Shown here: in pieces, positions 25,021 to 38,009 of the stretch
How positions within the stretch are numbered: position 1 is the first letter of the stretch
How the letters are laid out: each line of letters opens with the position of its first letter
Source: Callorhinchus milii
Lineage: Eukaryota
Direction: 5' to 3'
Length of the DNA: 64,000 nucleotides
Assembly (NCBI RefSeq): GCF_018977255.1
Contig: NW_024704743.1
Coordinates: forward strand, 27,592,001-27,656,000
Translations under genes and position numbers: made by a program
The notes under the pieces: model-generated
The model's input: the letters and a program-made list of their open reading frames with translations, nothing else
Database searches by the model: none
What the model was told of the DNA's origin: nothing

Positions 25021-28000
25021 TGTTAAAATGAGACAATTTTAAAAGAACATCGCACTATTTTCTTTTCAGATTCCTCTTAGCATAAAACATGGCCTTACAT
25101 TAAGATGTGAATAAACATAAAGTGGGGCTGAAATACAATACTTGCAAACCATATTTGAGTCGTTATTTTCATTTTCTAGGTTGGGAATATCAGATTCCAT
25201 GATTGGCAAAATAGTGGATGGAATAGCTGGCAGTCTGAACATCAGCCTCTTTTTTTGGAATTTGCCAGTTTGGGAATTTCGGAATCCTATATTTCTTGTC
25301 TTTCTCAGCAGGAAGATTTCAAAATGTTTTGCTGAAGCAGTGGGTGTTTAGAGTTGTTTTTTAACATTTCTGTTGTTTCCAATTTTTGTCACAGAGAATG
25401 AAAGTTTGATTATTTGGGGGTTTTACCATGCACTAGGCTGAAAGAGACTTTTTCTTTTGTGCAAATCTTTATTCAGAGTCCTCTGCAGAGCCTGGTAAGT
25501 GGAGAACATTAAGTCAGGCTGATTACATTTCTGCACAATTAGCAGATTCAGAGAAGAGCTTTAAAAATGCAATGATTTTTAGAACTTAACAAACATTTTA
25601 CATTAAACTCTACCCAGTGAGATTTAATTCTTTAAAAAAAATTGCAAACTTAAAAATACCCAAACAATGCCACTTCTCGAGAAAATTCTTAAGGTCATTT
25701 TTGCTTAAGGCAATAACTCACAAGCATTCGTTTCAGTATAAACAAGCCAGAGCTATGACAGTGCTGTCATATCTGACAGTATTTGTGCAGTTCCCATGGT
25801 AATGTTTCAGTTCCATTGTTACCATATAGTGAAATTATGACAGTATAATGAGTAATTAATGGAGATATTTGTGTAGCAGGTATAAAGACACAGCATGACC
25901 TGACTACAAAGGATTGCTAATGAGGGGTGTCTGAACAAATCTCTTGTTGTTCGATTCAACAGATGGGCCATGAGGCATTCATCAAACTTGCAATTCAATT
26001 TAAAAATTCAGGATAAAATTTTGCAAGACTGAGCATTAGAAATGAAAGGTCTAAATGTTTTGGGGGTCTAATGTGCGGCATTTCCTGACAGCATTCCTTG
26101 ATGAAGAACTTGATGAGAATTTCTGTCACTGTCAACTTGTGGGAAGTGGAGTGAAGTTCTCAGAAGGCGAGTGTGATTTAAACACTTTGAGATGTCTCAA
26201 AGACATGATACGGCACTATATCAAATGCAAGGATTATTATTAGATATAATATTATTATTATTTTTAGTCTCTGTTTGTGAGACTTATTAAGGAGTCCTCT
26301 GAAGAGATACTTCAAATTCGACCCCAGCATTATCCGCTGTAGCTAATTGTTGTCTAGTGCCCAACAGTTCATTGCATTCAATCATATACTTTGGGGAGGC
26401 AATCCATTACATAGAATTATATAGAATTACATATAAAATTACTGCATAAGTGCAAAATAAGATGGCACAGTGTAGTTGAGCTACCCCGAATCCTCTCTCC
26501 CACATGTATGTATCAAATTAATGATATCCATTAGGGCTATCATCTGCCAAGCCTTCCTTATCCTCAACGATATTCTGATCTTTTCTACAATTGCTTTATT
26601 AATTGTTTAAAGGAACTTAGGGCTGGTCTTTTGTTTTCACCTGCTATATTCTACTAGCAACCGCCATTTATATTGTGGTTTGTATTTTCTGACCCTATAA
26701 AGCTATCAGATCTCCCTTTAAATCCTCCAAACCATCTGCCAATGGAAGGCAAGGAATTCAATAGTGTATGGCAAGTAATTAGACTGTAAACAAAGACCGG
26801 TCTTGTTTTTTTAAAAATCTTTTCCAGTGTGGTTAAGATTAGAAACTTGTGCTATCTAGAGTATCATCTGCAGAACCGTCGAGTTTCACTTGAGAAATTT
26901 TTAAAAAAACAAAGTTTGCAATAAAACAGTGAACTGTATCTTCTGCTTTCAAAGCTCTCTGTAAAGCGGACAAAGCCGACAGATGTGAAAGTGTTTCACA
27001 TGAAGCAAGTAGCCTGACTGCAAATGGCCAAGTGTTATTATCAAGCTGCTGGCTGCACTGGTCTACAAACAACTGTCCTTCTCTGGGGGATAACACCGGT
27101 TGGAGCTCCTTGTTGTTCCCAGAGATCTCACAGCGGATTGTGGTGAATCATCTTGAATGTCACTTGACTCAATGGATGATCCAGTAGAGATTTGTTATTG
27201 TCAGTTGTACATCACTGAGGATCAGCAGTGAAATTAAAAACTATAATTTTCTTTCAAAAATGTGAAAATCCAGTGTAATTTATTTACTCTTCTTAACAGA
27301 CAAATTGCTCAATAAATGAATGCTTTATATTGCTTCTGCTCTGCACTTTCACTCATACTTTTCTGTTGCTTTTCCTTTCCTCTCTCTTCATTTTGTGAAA
27401 TTTACTTTCAATTTGCTGGGTATTTCAGAGCAATGTGACTAGAATGATATCCCTCCCTAATCCAAATTAAAACATCAATTTAATTTGGTTATTTATCTTT
27501 ATTGTTGTTTGTGGCATGTTGCTGATGAAGATTATGTTAGACAGGCAAATGGGTCTTCATTGGTCTGTCTAACATAAATACGAGTTTATTATTAATTTCA
27601 GATCATCTTCCCTTTTATGACTGAGCTATTAATATAGGTCCCACCTGCTTTAAGTTCAGGTGGGCAGAAAACACAAGGCCGTTATTTCAAATACAATTGT
27701 GGATTTTCTTTCTCATATTATTTTGGCTTCTAAACAATCCTCATCCAAATTCACCTTTTTTAAAAAAAAATGATTTCGAGGATCGCTTAACATAACTTTA
27801 ATATAATGCAATTATTTAGCTAGTTTTAAATGTATCTTGCTTTCAAATATTAACAAGCTTCTGTATTGAATGGCAGTCAATGATAGACCCGTCCCTCTAA
27901 AGATAAAATTATTTCAAATAAAACTAAATATATGCCAAAAATACTTTACTAATCATTTAATTATTACTCCAATAGGGGAGAAAAATATGGTGTACAATAT

Positions 28001-28199
28001 GACAATTATGATATAGCTGGTGATAATTATCACTTACTGTAGTTTTTTTTTATAGTTTTAGAAACTTTAAATCTTATTTCCAATTATGTACATACATTGT
28101 CCACAGGTGACTGTTTTTGTAGTTTAGTGTGGTGTTCCACCTAATATTTCAGCTATTTTTATTATTGTCAATCACACTAGGTTTAGTCCAATGATACCT

Positions 28200-28388
28200 T
28201 CAAAAACAAAATAATAAATTGGTTATTTTCAATCCACGACTGTCTGTGGGATATTGCTGTGCGCAATTGACTGCCGCGTTCGCCCACAAATGTACAGTTA
28301 ATTCACTTTACAGTATATTCTGTGAAGCGCTTTGAGATGTCTAGAAGACGTGAAAAGCGCTATATCAAATGCAAGGATTATTATTATC
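28200..28388 (+). mobile_element. tRNA-derived SINE family, 3' half
   Basis: AATCCACGACTGTCTGTGGG...GAGATGTCTAGAAGACGTGAAAAGCGCTATATCAAATGCAAGGATTATT. Confidence 0.85.
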
Positions 28389-29344
28389 ACCAATAACGTT
28401 AAAAGTAGCATTGACATCAGAATGAAGCATTCTGTTATAAATATGCAACTTACAGTAATATTGCAGGATAATTCCAGCTAAAATCATTAAAAAGCTTACC
28501 ACTGCATCAACAATCTTTAAGATGTCTTTGTGCGTCAAAAAAACTCAGTCCCCTGAGTGTAGACGGGTTCTCCACAACTGTTTTGCTCAGATCAGGCACT
28601 TGTGTGGATGATATGAATGCTGCAGGACTGAGCACCTTCTCACAGACAAAGTACCATTCCAGTCTAATTCTGAACAATTGTAGTTATGAAGACAGAATTG
28701 TTCAGTGGGTTTCCATTGATTGAGTCCACAGGTATTGACAGCAATGGTAGATTTTACAGTGGGTGTTTGAAACAAGAATTTAAATGAAAAAGAATAACCA
28801 ATAGGGATGTTATTTCAGCTCTTTGCTCACTGCTACATGTGTAACCTCTCTTAGTTTGCACAGCAGACTCTTGAAGTATCCTTTTATCAGCTTCATAATT
28901 ACCAATTGCCTCAGAGTTAGGCCAAAACTAATATATCTGTGAGAATGTGCTCAATTCTGTAATTAATTAATATTGTATGCACCGGTATCCAAGCTGAGCC
29001 AGTCGGGTAAAATGTGCAACAATCCTCCTGCACTTGCTCAGTAATATTCCTCCTGCACCTGCTAACTCTCCTGAGCAAGCTTACCCATCCTCACAACATG
29101 TTGAAACGTGGACATGATTAAACATGGAGTGGCTCTGTTTGTCTTATTTCCCACCTCTCTTGTTAAGATTTTGCGAAGGGAAGGCTAAAGCTTGCTCTCT
29201 CAATGCCTATCGTTAGCTTCCCACTTGCTTTCTGCTCCATGTTGTTATTAGTTGAGTGCTTCTTCTGCCACTAGGAGATATTCAGACACCGTCAACTTTG
29301 AAAAGCTGGTTTCTGTCATTTGAAATGCATCCCAGTAAGTAAAA

Positions 29345-29970
29345 CAGAACTCTTCATCTTCACCCGCATCAAACCCAGTGCACGCATAACCCGAGCCTTT
29401 GCCAGGCTGCACTGGATCCCTGTCTCCCAGTGAAATGATTTCAGGGTCCTCACCCTCATCTACAAAGCCCTCAAGCCCCAGCATCTTCTTATCTCTACAA
29501 TCTTTTCCTCTTACACTTACATCTTCACTCAGCTAACTCGGTCTTGCTGAGCATCCCCTGCCCTCTCTGTCCCTCCATCTGTGGTCAATCTTTCAGATCT
29601 GATGCTTTTACCTCTGTAACCCTCCATGTTGCCCCTCTTGGTCTTAAGTTCTGCCTCAAAACCTTTGACCTCTTCCCTCCAAGTCCCCTCCCCTCTCCCT
29701 TGCTCAGTGTCCATCCCTATCCTCTGTAGAGTGCTCCAAGATGTTAACTTTTCTCTTTGACCGTGCCTTCAGCTCCCCTCTCGACTCTCTACCCCCTCCT
29801 CGCTCCCTCCCTTCCCTCCCCTCACCCTGACCATTTCCCCCTTGCTCGGGTCCTGACCCAACTGTACAGCGCCTTGGGATGTCCTCCTGACGTGAAAGGC
29901 GCTCTATAAATGGAATCTTGTTGTTGTTGTTGTCTTACGTGAAGGGCACTATATAAATGCAATATATTGT
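29345..29970 (+). mobile_element. Older L2 3' fragment with a younger L2 3' end (~29750-29932) nested in its terminal stem-loop
   Basis: Older tail GTGCTCCAAGATG is split from ACGTGAAGGGCACTATATAAATGC by a second 3' end finishing in (TTG)n. Confidence 0.75.
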
Positions 29971-30722
29971 TATATTTATTTTGGAGTCCCCACAATCAGG
30001 ATTCCCTCTGTAATAGCTCTTTTAAAAAAAAATCTGCATCAACAATGGCCATTAAAAAAATTACTCTGAATGAGTTGAGTCACCACATCTCCTGAATGAA
30101 ACAAAAGAAAATTGTCGCCTATTTTCTCCTTAAAATTATGCAAGGTCATCATCCTGTATGAAGCAATCTCACTGCAAAACTCCAATTGATTGTCCACTGG
30201 CGGTAATCCAGTGTTTAATGTAATTACTGCTACTTTGCTTTCTCTGTATTATATTTAGGAAACTGCATTGGAATTTTCAGTTTGGGGTGAAATTTGCAAC
30301 ATTTTGTGACTGTTCTGATGTGAATTATCATACTGAACCTCTCCTTTTATTCCTTCTGTGATTAACTTAACTGTGTTAACAGAAAGGGTAAATATGTAGA
30401 AATTACTGCCGGAAGCTGTGATTCAAGCAAATAGCATCAATGTACTTGAGAGAAAACTAGATGTAAACATGAGGGAGAAAAAATAGAAGGTGAAAAAAAT
30501 AAGTGAAATAGAACCATGTGGAGTATAAACACAGGCACGAACCAGTTGGACCAAATGGCTTGTGTCAGTATCATTTTTCTATTTGCAACTCAATGTAACT
30601 CTATTTATGAATAGATCTCTTGAATTTACATAGTATAATAATCCTTGCATTTGATATAGTGCCTTATCACATCTTCGAGACGTCTCAAATTGCTTCACAG
30701 AATATTCTGTAAGTGAATTGAC

Positions 30723-30879
30723 CTTGAACGCACATGACCTACATATGCAGGGTGCGGTAAAAATGAAAATTATTGCTATTGATTATTAGGCAAAGGTTTG
30801 CAAGAATTTCTTATGTAGCCCACGGACATTTCTTAAATAGAGCATCTGGCCCTCGGCAGCCAAAGGTTGGATCACCCTG
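30723..30879. mobile_element. One end of a hAT/Charlie-like DNA transposon remnant
   Basis: Terminal GGTTGGATCACCCTG followed by GTCTAGAG (NTCTAGAN-type target); other end not seen. Confidence 0.55.
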
Positions 30880-30887
30880 GTCTAGAG

Positions 30888-31210
30888 AATAAACTGTAAA
30901 GTTGAGTGACTGTGACATCCAATTTGCACACCGCTACATTTGACAAGCAGCCATGAAGTGAATGACCAATTTTATCTGGGGATTGTTGACTAGGGGAAAC
31001 TCCCTTCTCTTTTCAAATGGTGACTTGGGATCTTTAACATCCACCTGAACAGGCAGATGGGTCAATGGTTAACATCTTATCCGAATGAAAGCACCTCCAA
31101 CAATGCAGCACATCCCCAGCACTTAAACTGTGAGCTCGTAGTCCGGGCATATGGATTGAACCCACAGATTTCAACTGAGAGACGAGAGTACTGTCAACTG
31201 AGCCTTAGCT
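30888..31210 (-). mobile_element. DeuSINE-type SINE (SacSINE1-like)
   Basis: Minus strand: tRNA-like head GGCTCAGTTGACAGTACTCTCG, GCTGCATTGTTGGAGGTGC, CTGCCTGTTCAGGTGGATGTTAAAGATCCCA. Confidence 0.8.
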
Positions 31211-33090
31211 TAGATCCATGACTCAGACTGTCTTCTGAAGTTAACTTGGAAGTTAACAAGAATAATCTACTGAATGTCATCAAGTCGGAATTTATCTTTA
31301 CAATTTGACGAGTGTTCACACCTTCTCCAAGAAACATTAACGGCATTTGTTTTTTTTGTGTGTGTGAATATGTCTAATTTTATCATTCCCCACCATATTG
31401 AGTCTACTTGAAATAATGTCTTCAGAAGGTAGTCCATGACTCATTATTTTCCAAGTTAACAGGAATAATCTACGACCATGGGCTGCATAAGCAATAAGCA
31501 ATATTTTTGTGTTTGCCTTCCAGAAACATAACATAACAACATTTATGGAGGGAGGGAGCGGGTATGCCAGATGAAATGGAGGGAGGGGCCAGTTGGACCA
31601 CTCAGTTCTTGACCACTTTGAAATGTCCTCCTGATGTAAAAGGCAACATCAAGTATATGAACGCTTTAAGCCAGGTTGTCCTAGATGAACAAGCAGCGGT
31701 AAAGTTTGTCAGACAGTGCTCTCAATAGAAAGCTGTGTGCTTTTAGCTGGTTAAACTTGAACAGTATTCCCACAGAAATTCTGGGGTCTCCAAGGCCTGA
31801 TTCTTGCCAACTTCTGCCTAATAATCAACAACAATAACAATTTTCATTTATATAGCACCCTGCACACAGGACAGCATCTCAGAGCATGGATGTTATTGCT
31901 AGGAAAATGGGCTTCCTTCCCATTTCAGGCACTCAACATCATCAGCAGGTCTTTAATCAGATGAATTACAGCCAACTGTAAATCTTTCATCCATTCTAAA
32001 GCAGAAGGAAGGCAACAGTAAAACAAGATATACTTCTGCTGTAAACTATTATTCAAAGCTGAAGCTATTTTTAGAAGTCAACATGTCCTTCTCTGGATCT
32101 CTGTATTTAAACAAATATTGAAATGTTCAGTTAGCAATCGCTTGCTGAACCAAAAATACAGGAAAAGCCACTTGAATGCCAGTACAATTTATTCAAGTCT
32201 TTCTGTTCTCCGAACAGCCACCACAACAATCAAATTTGTGAGCTGAGTGCCCTCATTTCAGTTGCCTCTGGCTGTTGTTATACCACCTAATGAAAAAGAA
32301 AGATACCTTAATAACTACAGTTAAACGGGCCTGAAATTGGGAGTAATGGTCGAGAAACTAAAGTGAATGCCTTGCACAAATAATAAGAAGGGCTCTCAAA
32401 CAACGTTTTGGAAACTTCATTGCCACAGGGAATAATGAAACCAGTCAGCTCAGCAGTTACTAGGATTATATTGATCCCTAGATTATAATAGTGTAATTTA
32501 AGGTACATTTCAGATGAAAAGGTCATAGTTGTTTAAAATGATAGAAAAAGTTGATGTGACAAAAACTCTCTCACAATGTGCTGTGATATCTTTTGAAACC
32601 AATTAATTCAGCAAAACGTACACACTCTTTAAGCTTAACCTAATATATCATTTCTCCTCCTCTGATCTTGGTTAAGGCCAAATACAGCTCACACTTGATA
32701 TCCCAGCAACGGATTGCAGCATTGACATGGGTGAGAGGGAAGAATCTTTAGTTATTCAATTAATTATCCACTGTGCTCACTGAACTTCTTTATCAATGAT
32801 TTGATAATTATCATTGCTAAAGAATTAACACATCAAAAATCACAATTTTCACTGATGATAGGATACCACAGCTTTAGCAACATTGCTCAGAGATACTATC
32901 ATGCGTGAAGGGCGCTATATCAATGCAAGTTGTTGTTGAGTTATACGCAGGTTGACTACATGATGACCGAATGACCTTCTTCTGTGCTATAAATTTTTAT
33001 GGTTTTATATATTCTGCCTAAAATTATGGTATTATTTGATTAATAATTATTATATTGTAATAACAATATTAGTAATATAATATTAATTGT

Positions 33091-33466
33091 AGAGTTCTGT
33101 AGCTTAGTGGTTAGACCACTCGACTTGCAAGCGAGAGGACCTGGGTTTGATTCCCAGACAGGGCGAAACCTCAGGCAAATTTCCTTACTCCACATGCCTC
33201 TGTTCACCTAGCAGTAAGTAGAAACCCGGTTGTTAGTCGATTGGCAGATCACTTTTACAGGGTTAATAATCTCTTCAAAAAAAAATTATTTAAAATAATA
33301 ATTTGGTCACTCAATCCATGACTGTTTGTGGGAGACTGCTGTGTGCAATTGGCTGCTGTATTTCGTCCACAAAATATACAGTTAATTCACTTTATTCTGT
33401 GAAGAGCTTTGAGACATCTTGAAGACGTGATTAAGCGCTATATCAAATTCAAGGATTATTATTATT
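33091..33466 (+). mobile_element. tRNA(Ala)-derived SINE, full-length long variant
   Basis: A box TAGCTTAGTGGTTAG, TTGCAAG anticodon loop, B box GGTTTGATTCCC, central module, ATT tail. Confidence 0.9.
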
Positions 33467-33599
33467 AATAGTAATAATATCCCCAATCTTCACTTGCTTC
33501 TATACCCACACAGCTCCTGTTAAACCGGCAAGCCAGAGCCCTAATAGGCAAGGTAGTTCTGGCTGGACTAACAACAGCAAGCTGTGATTTTTAAGCTGA

Positions 33600-33762
33600 T
33601 CTCAATCCATGACTGTTTGAGGGACATTGCTCTGTGCAACAGGCTGCCGCGTTTCGCCCACAAAATACACAGACAATCTACTTTACAATATATTCTGTGA
33701 AGTGCTTTGAAAAGTCTCAATGGTGTGATAAGGTGCTACATCAAATGCAAGATTATTATTAT
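33600..33762 (+). mobile_element. tRNA-derived SINE family, 3' half
   Basis: CTCAATCCATGACTGTTTG...ATCAAATGCAAGATTATTATT. Confidence 0.8.
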
Positions 33763-34679
33763 TAATACTCACAAATAAACATCCTGTCACTTGAGAAGAG
33801 TAAGGTAGGGAGATTTTGTATCAAGTCAAAAGGCATATTTTGCAGTATTTCTGCCACTGCAAAACATATAGGGTATCTGTTTTACTTAGCAGAATAAGGA
33901 TTTATCTTCAATGTAACATAAGCAAAACCCTTGTTTGACATGTCGGACAATTTCCAAGGATTTTGACTGCGTTTTTAAGACCTACAGTAGAGAGAGATTC
34001 TGAAGGCAAGAGCTGAAGCAGACATGTAATCTTAGCCCATGCAGGATTCCAAATTAAGTTTCAAAACTAAAATAATTTAATTCAGCATCTGTGCCTAGCA
34101 GCGAGCATTTCTTAGTCAGTGACTCCAACTATACAGGTGTCTTTGGAGTTTTAGTTTTCTAGTTTTCTTTCATGGCTCCTCACTTACAGATGGTAGCTCA
34201 TACATTGTAGGGTATCGATCTGTGCCTGCAACCTTCCACTAACTTGTCCAAGATCTTGTTTTTCTTGTGGGAGCTGAGATATTGAATGTTGGTGAATAGT
34301 TTTCATCATGGTGCCTATCACCGTCCAACTTAACTTTATCTTCACCTGGCATTTTGCCTACCAATATACAGTCAATTCACTTTACTGTATTCTTCACTTT
34401 ATTCTCTGAAGCGCATTGCGACTTCTAGAAGATGTGAAAAGCGCTATATCAAATGCAAATGCAAGGATTATTGTGAAATGCATATGCCAGACAATACAAA
34501 TTTTACAGGTGTGGAAGGCGCTATATAAATCCAAGTTGTTGTTGTTGTTATTACACTGGATTGGGAGTGAAACCCATGCACATTTTGTTTTCTATAGGCT
34601 TCTGACCTCCATTAAATCCAGTATCATTTTCTCCAACCTTGGGAGAGGTTAGAAATGACATAACATAAAACAAGAGCAT

Positions 34680-36415
34680 ATGCTCAGTCAGACACTGCTG
34701 AAAATCTTATTCATGCTTTTATCACCTCCTGCCTTGATTTTCATCAGTCTCCCCAGCTCCACGATAAACAAAGTCCAAATTATACAAAATTCTGCCGCCC
34801 AAGTCCTCACCCATACCAAGCTCAGTGCCTCCATCACACCAGTTATTTCCAGGCTCCACTGATTCTCTGTTGCAAAATAGATTGATTTCAAGATTTTCAC
34901 TTTAAAATCACTTTGTACTGGCACCTCCCTACCTCTCCAATCTGCTCACATCCGCCTACGCTGAGTTGGCACAGGACTTCTGCTCATCCCCCATCCCCTC
35001 CATTGGAGGTTTTCATTATGCTCTGAATTTCTAGAACTCCCTGCCTCAATCTCTCCATCTGCTCCCTCTTTGCCTAGCCTCAAATAACACCTGAAGACTT
35101 GTCTTTTTAAACATGCATACATAACATAACATGTAGGAGCAGGAGTAGGCCATTTGGCCCTTCGAGCCTGCCCCGCCATTCAATCATGGCTGATCTTCTA
35201 ATCTAACTCCAGCTAATAACCTGACCCTGCCTTATCCCCATATCCCTTAATCCCTTTTGCAATAAGAAATCTATCTATCTCAGTCTTGAATATGTTCAAG
35301 GATTGAGCTTCAACAAGCCCTTTGGGGTAGTGAGTTCCAAACATTCACGACCCTTTGAGTGAAGAAGTTCTTCCTCAACTCAGTGCGAAAGGGCTGGCCT
35401 CTGATTTTAAGGTTGTGACCCCTGGTTTTAGTTTCTCCAACCAGGGGAAACAATCTCCCACTATCTACTCTATCATACCCTTTGATGATCTTATAGGTTT
35501 CTATAAGTTCCCCTCTAATTCTTGTATATTCTAGAGAATATAGGCCCAAATTGGTCAGCCTATCCTCGTAACTCATCCCCTTCATCCCTGGCACTAACTT
35601 AGTAAATTTACGTTGCACCCCCTCCAAGGCAAGTACGTCCTTCCTTAAATGAGGAGACCAAAACTGCACACAGTATTCCAGGTGTGGTCTCACCAGGGCC
35701 CTATACAGTTGCAGCAAGACTTCCCTACTCTTATACTCTAATCCTTTCATAATGAATGCTAACATAGCGTTCGCCTTCCTAATTGCTGCTGCACCTACAG
35801 ACTAACTTTCTGTGATTGGTGTACAAGGACACCCAAGTCCCTCTGGATGCTAACACATTCCAATCTCTCCCCTTCTAAAAAATAACCCGCTCTACTGTTT
35901 TTGCTACCCAGGTGGATGACTTCGCACTTCCCTACATTATACTTCATCTGCCACCTACCTGCCCAATCACCTAACCTATCTATGTCTCGCTGCATTTTTT
36001 TACTGTCGTCCTCTGTGTTGGCACTTCCTCCAAGTTTTGTGTCATCCGCGAATTTAGATATATTAACTTCGATGTCCTCATCTAGATCGTTGATGTAGAT
36101 CGTAAATAGCTGAGGCGCAAGGACTGATCCTTGTGGCACTCCACTAGTCACATCCCGCCAATCTGAAAAGGACCCATTTATCCCTACTCTTTGTTTCCTA
36201 CCCGTTAACCATTCCCCAATCCACATTAATATATTCCCCCCAATTCCATAAGCCCTTATCTTTTGGACTAGTCTTTAATGCTGCACCTTATCGATACGGT
36301 CACCTCCCTCTCTTTCTAGCTCAGAGCCAAAGAACAGTATTGTAGTTTATAGCTACAAACTAGTATCAGGATGTTACCCTGTGTGAAGAACACTATATAA
36401 ATGCAAATTGCTGTT
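34680..36415 (+). mobile_element. Old L2 3' fragment split by a CR1 insertion
   Basis: KVQIIQNSAAQVLT...RLH at 34680-34862; L2 3' UTR resumes at 36298 (GGTCACCTCCC...TATAAATGCAAATTG). Confidence 0.8.
35121..36293 (-). mobile_element. CR1 LINE, 5'-truncated, relatively young, ATAC TSD
   Basis: [21 protein letters not shown]...KFADDTKLGG (35795..36226) and LVRPHLEYCVQFWSP...FFTQRVVNVWNSLP (35310..35765); TTATG tail; ATAC at 35117-35120 and 36294-36297. Confidence 0.95.
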
Positions 36416-38009
36416 GTTTTTCCACCATCCTGTAGAACATAAACAGAACAATTAAATGAAGATCATTCTTCTGATTAAACAACTTAAATACAGAGGTCTA
36501 TACAATCATGTTCTCAAACAATGACATTTTAGGCCAACTTTAATCCCAAGTTTTGGCCAAAGTATTTCTCCCCCAAGACTTCAGCACAATAGTTGGACCT
36601 AATGTTTCCACCACTGCAATTATAGAGTGCAGAATTTCAATGCTGCTTCATGGTGAACAGTTTAATTCCATCCTGGAGTCCCCTTTGCCTCTCCCTCCCT
36701 TACCTTTAAATTCACATTAAGGCTGTGCTTTTGGTCAGATTCCCACCTCCCCCCCCACCCACCTCAGACACCCAGTCAGTTATGTGAATCGCTTTGAGAT
36801 GTCCTTCTGATGTGAAAGGCACTACATAAAAGTCAATTGCTGTCGATGTAACTCAATCAGTATACCATGAAGTGTCAATGAAACGACAGATCCTGTGTCG
36901 CAAACAACAATCACAGCTATTAATAGGAACAAAGACAGCGGTGCTGAAATCCTGAAAATGGCTTTCTAACCATTGTGCCAAAGTCATGAGGGGGAACAGT
37001 AGAATTTAATAATAGATAGAAAATGCAATCAAAAGAGAGTCAATTTGATCTCACCTTAAAAATTAATCAATCTTATAGTCTTCCCATTGTCTTTCAACTG
37101 TGCCCTGATGTTTCTTAACAGATGTAATAACACATTGAATCTGTTAAAATTCACCCGTACTCATCGAATACTTAAGCAAAGATTCTGCTACTCGGAAGGG
37201 ACATTACAGCATCATCCTAATAACGTAAAGGTTATTATGTTTGGAACACATGCTGCACCTTGCACAGGATTGCTAAGAATAAAAGCTTCAGCATAGCTAT
37301 TGTTACAACAACAGGAAGCTTCAGTAAAGCAGAGTGAGGTGTGTGATGATCACTATGTGTGAGCCAAACCATGGCGAGTATCACATCACCAAGCAAATCC
37401 GACAGGACCTCAGTGAACAAAGTTTTTCGCAGCCTCATCCTGACCTTTGTTTCTGAGACTGTAAAAGGATCCATCATATCTGTCAGCCGAATTAGAAATG
37501 TTCAAATATTACTTGCAAAGAGAAATAGGCAACATAAGTTAATACATAATTTAATAACATGGAAGTAACGCAGAGCCAACAAGTGTAATTCATGTGGAAT
37601 GAAATGTGATTTTATTTACATTATCTTCATACTTTCAGTGCACTTTACCAGGTTCTTCACCATACTATGAAATATTTATAATAGTAATAAACTCTCCAGG
37701 GCCTTCGGGATATCCTCCTGATGTGAAAGGCGCTATACAAATGTAATTTTGTTGTTTGACGTTAAATGCAACCACAACATCTCAAAGTGCTTCACAAAGT
37801 TCTGTGAAGTGTAGTAACTTTGCATTTGTAGGCAAACGCCGTAGCAAATTTGATCATGGCAATGTCCACTCCCTTCTTGTTTTGAATAGGGCTAAAGAAT
37901 CTTTAATGTCCCCTTGAAGAAACAGGCAAATGTAACAGTCAAATTGTGCAATAACCTGCCATGCAGTGAGTTACCAATTTTATTTGGGGTTTGTTGCCCA
38001 GGGCGAAAT

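Noticed and set aside
26839..27240. Coding exon in this unique block
   Set aside because: No frame is bounded by convincing splice sites on either strand and no peptide was recognised
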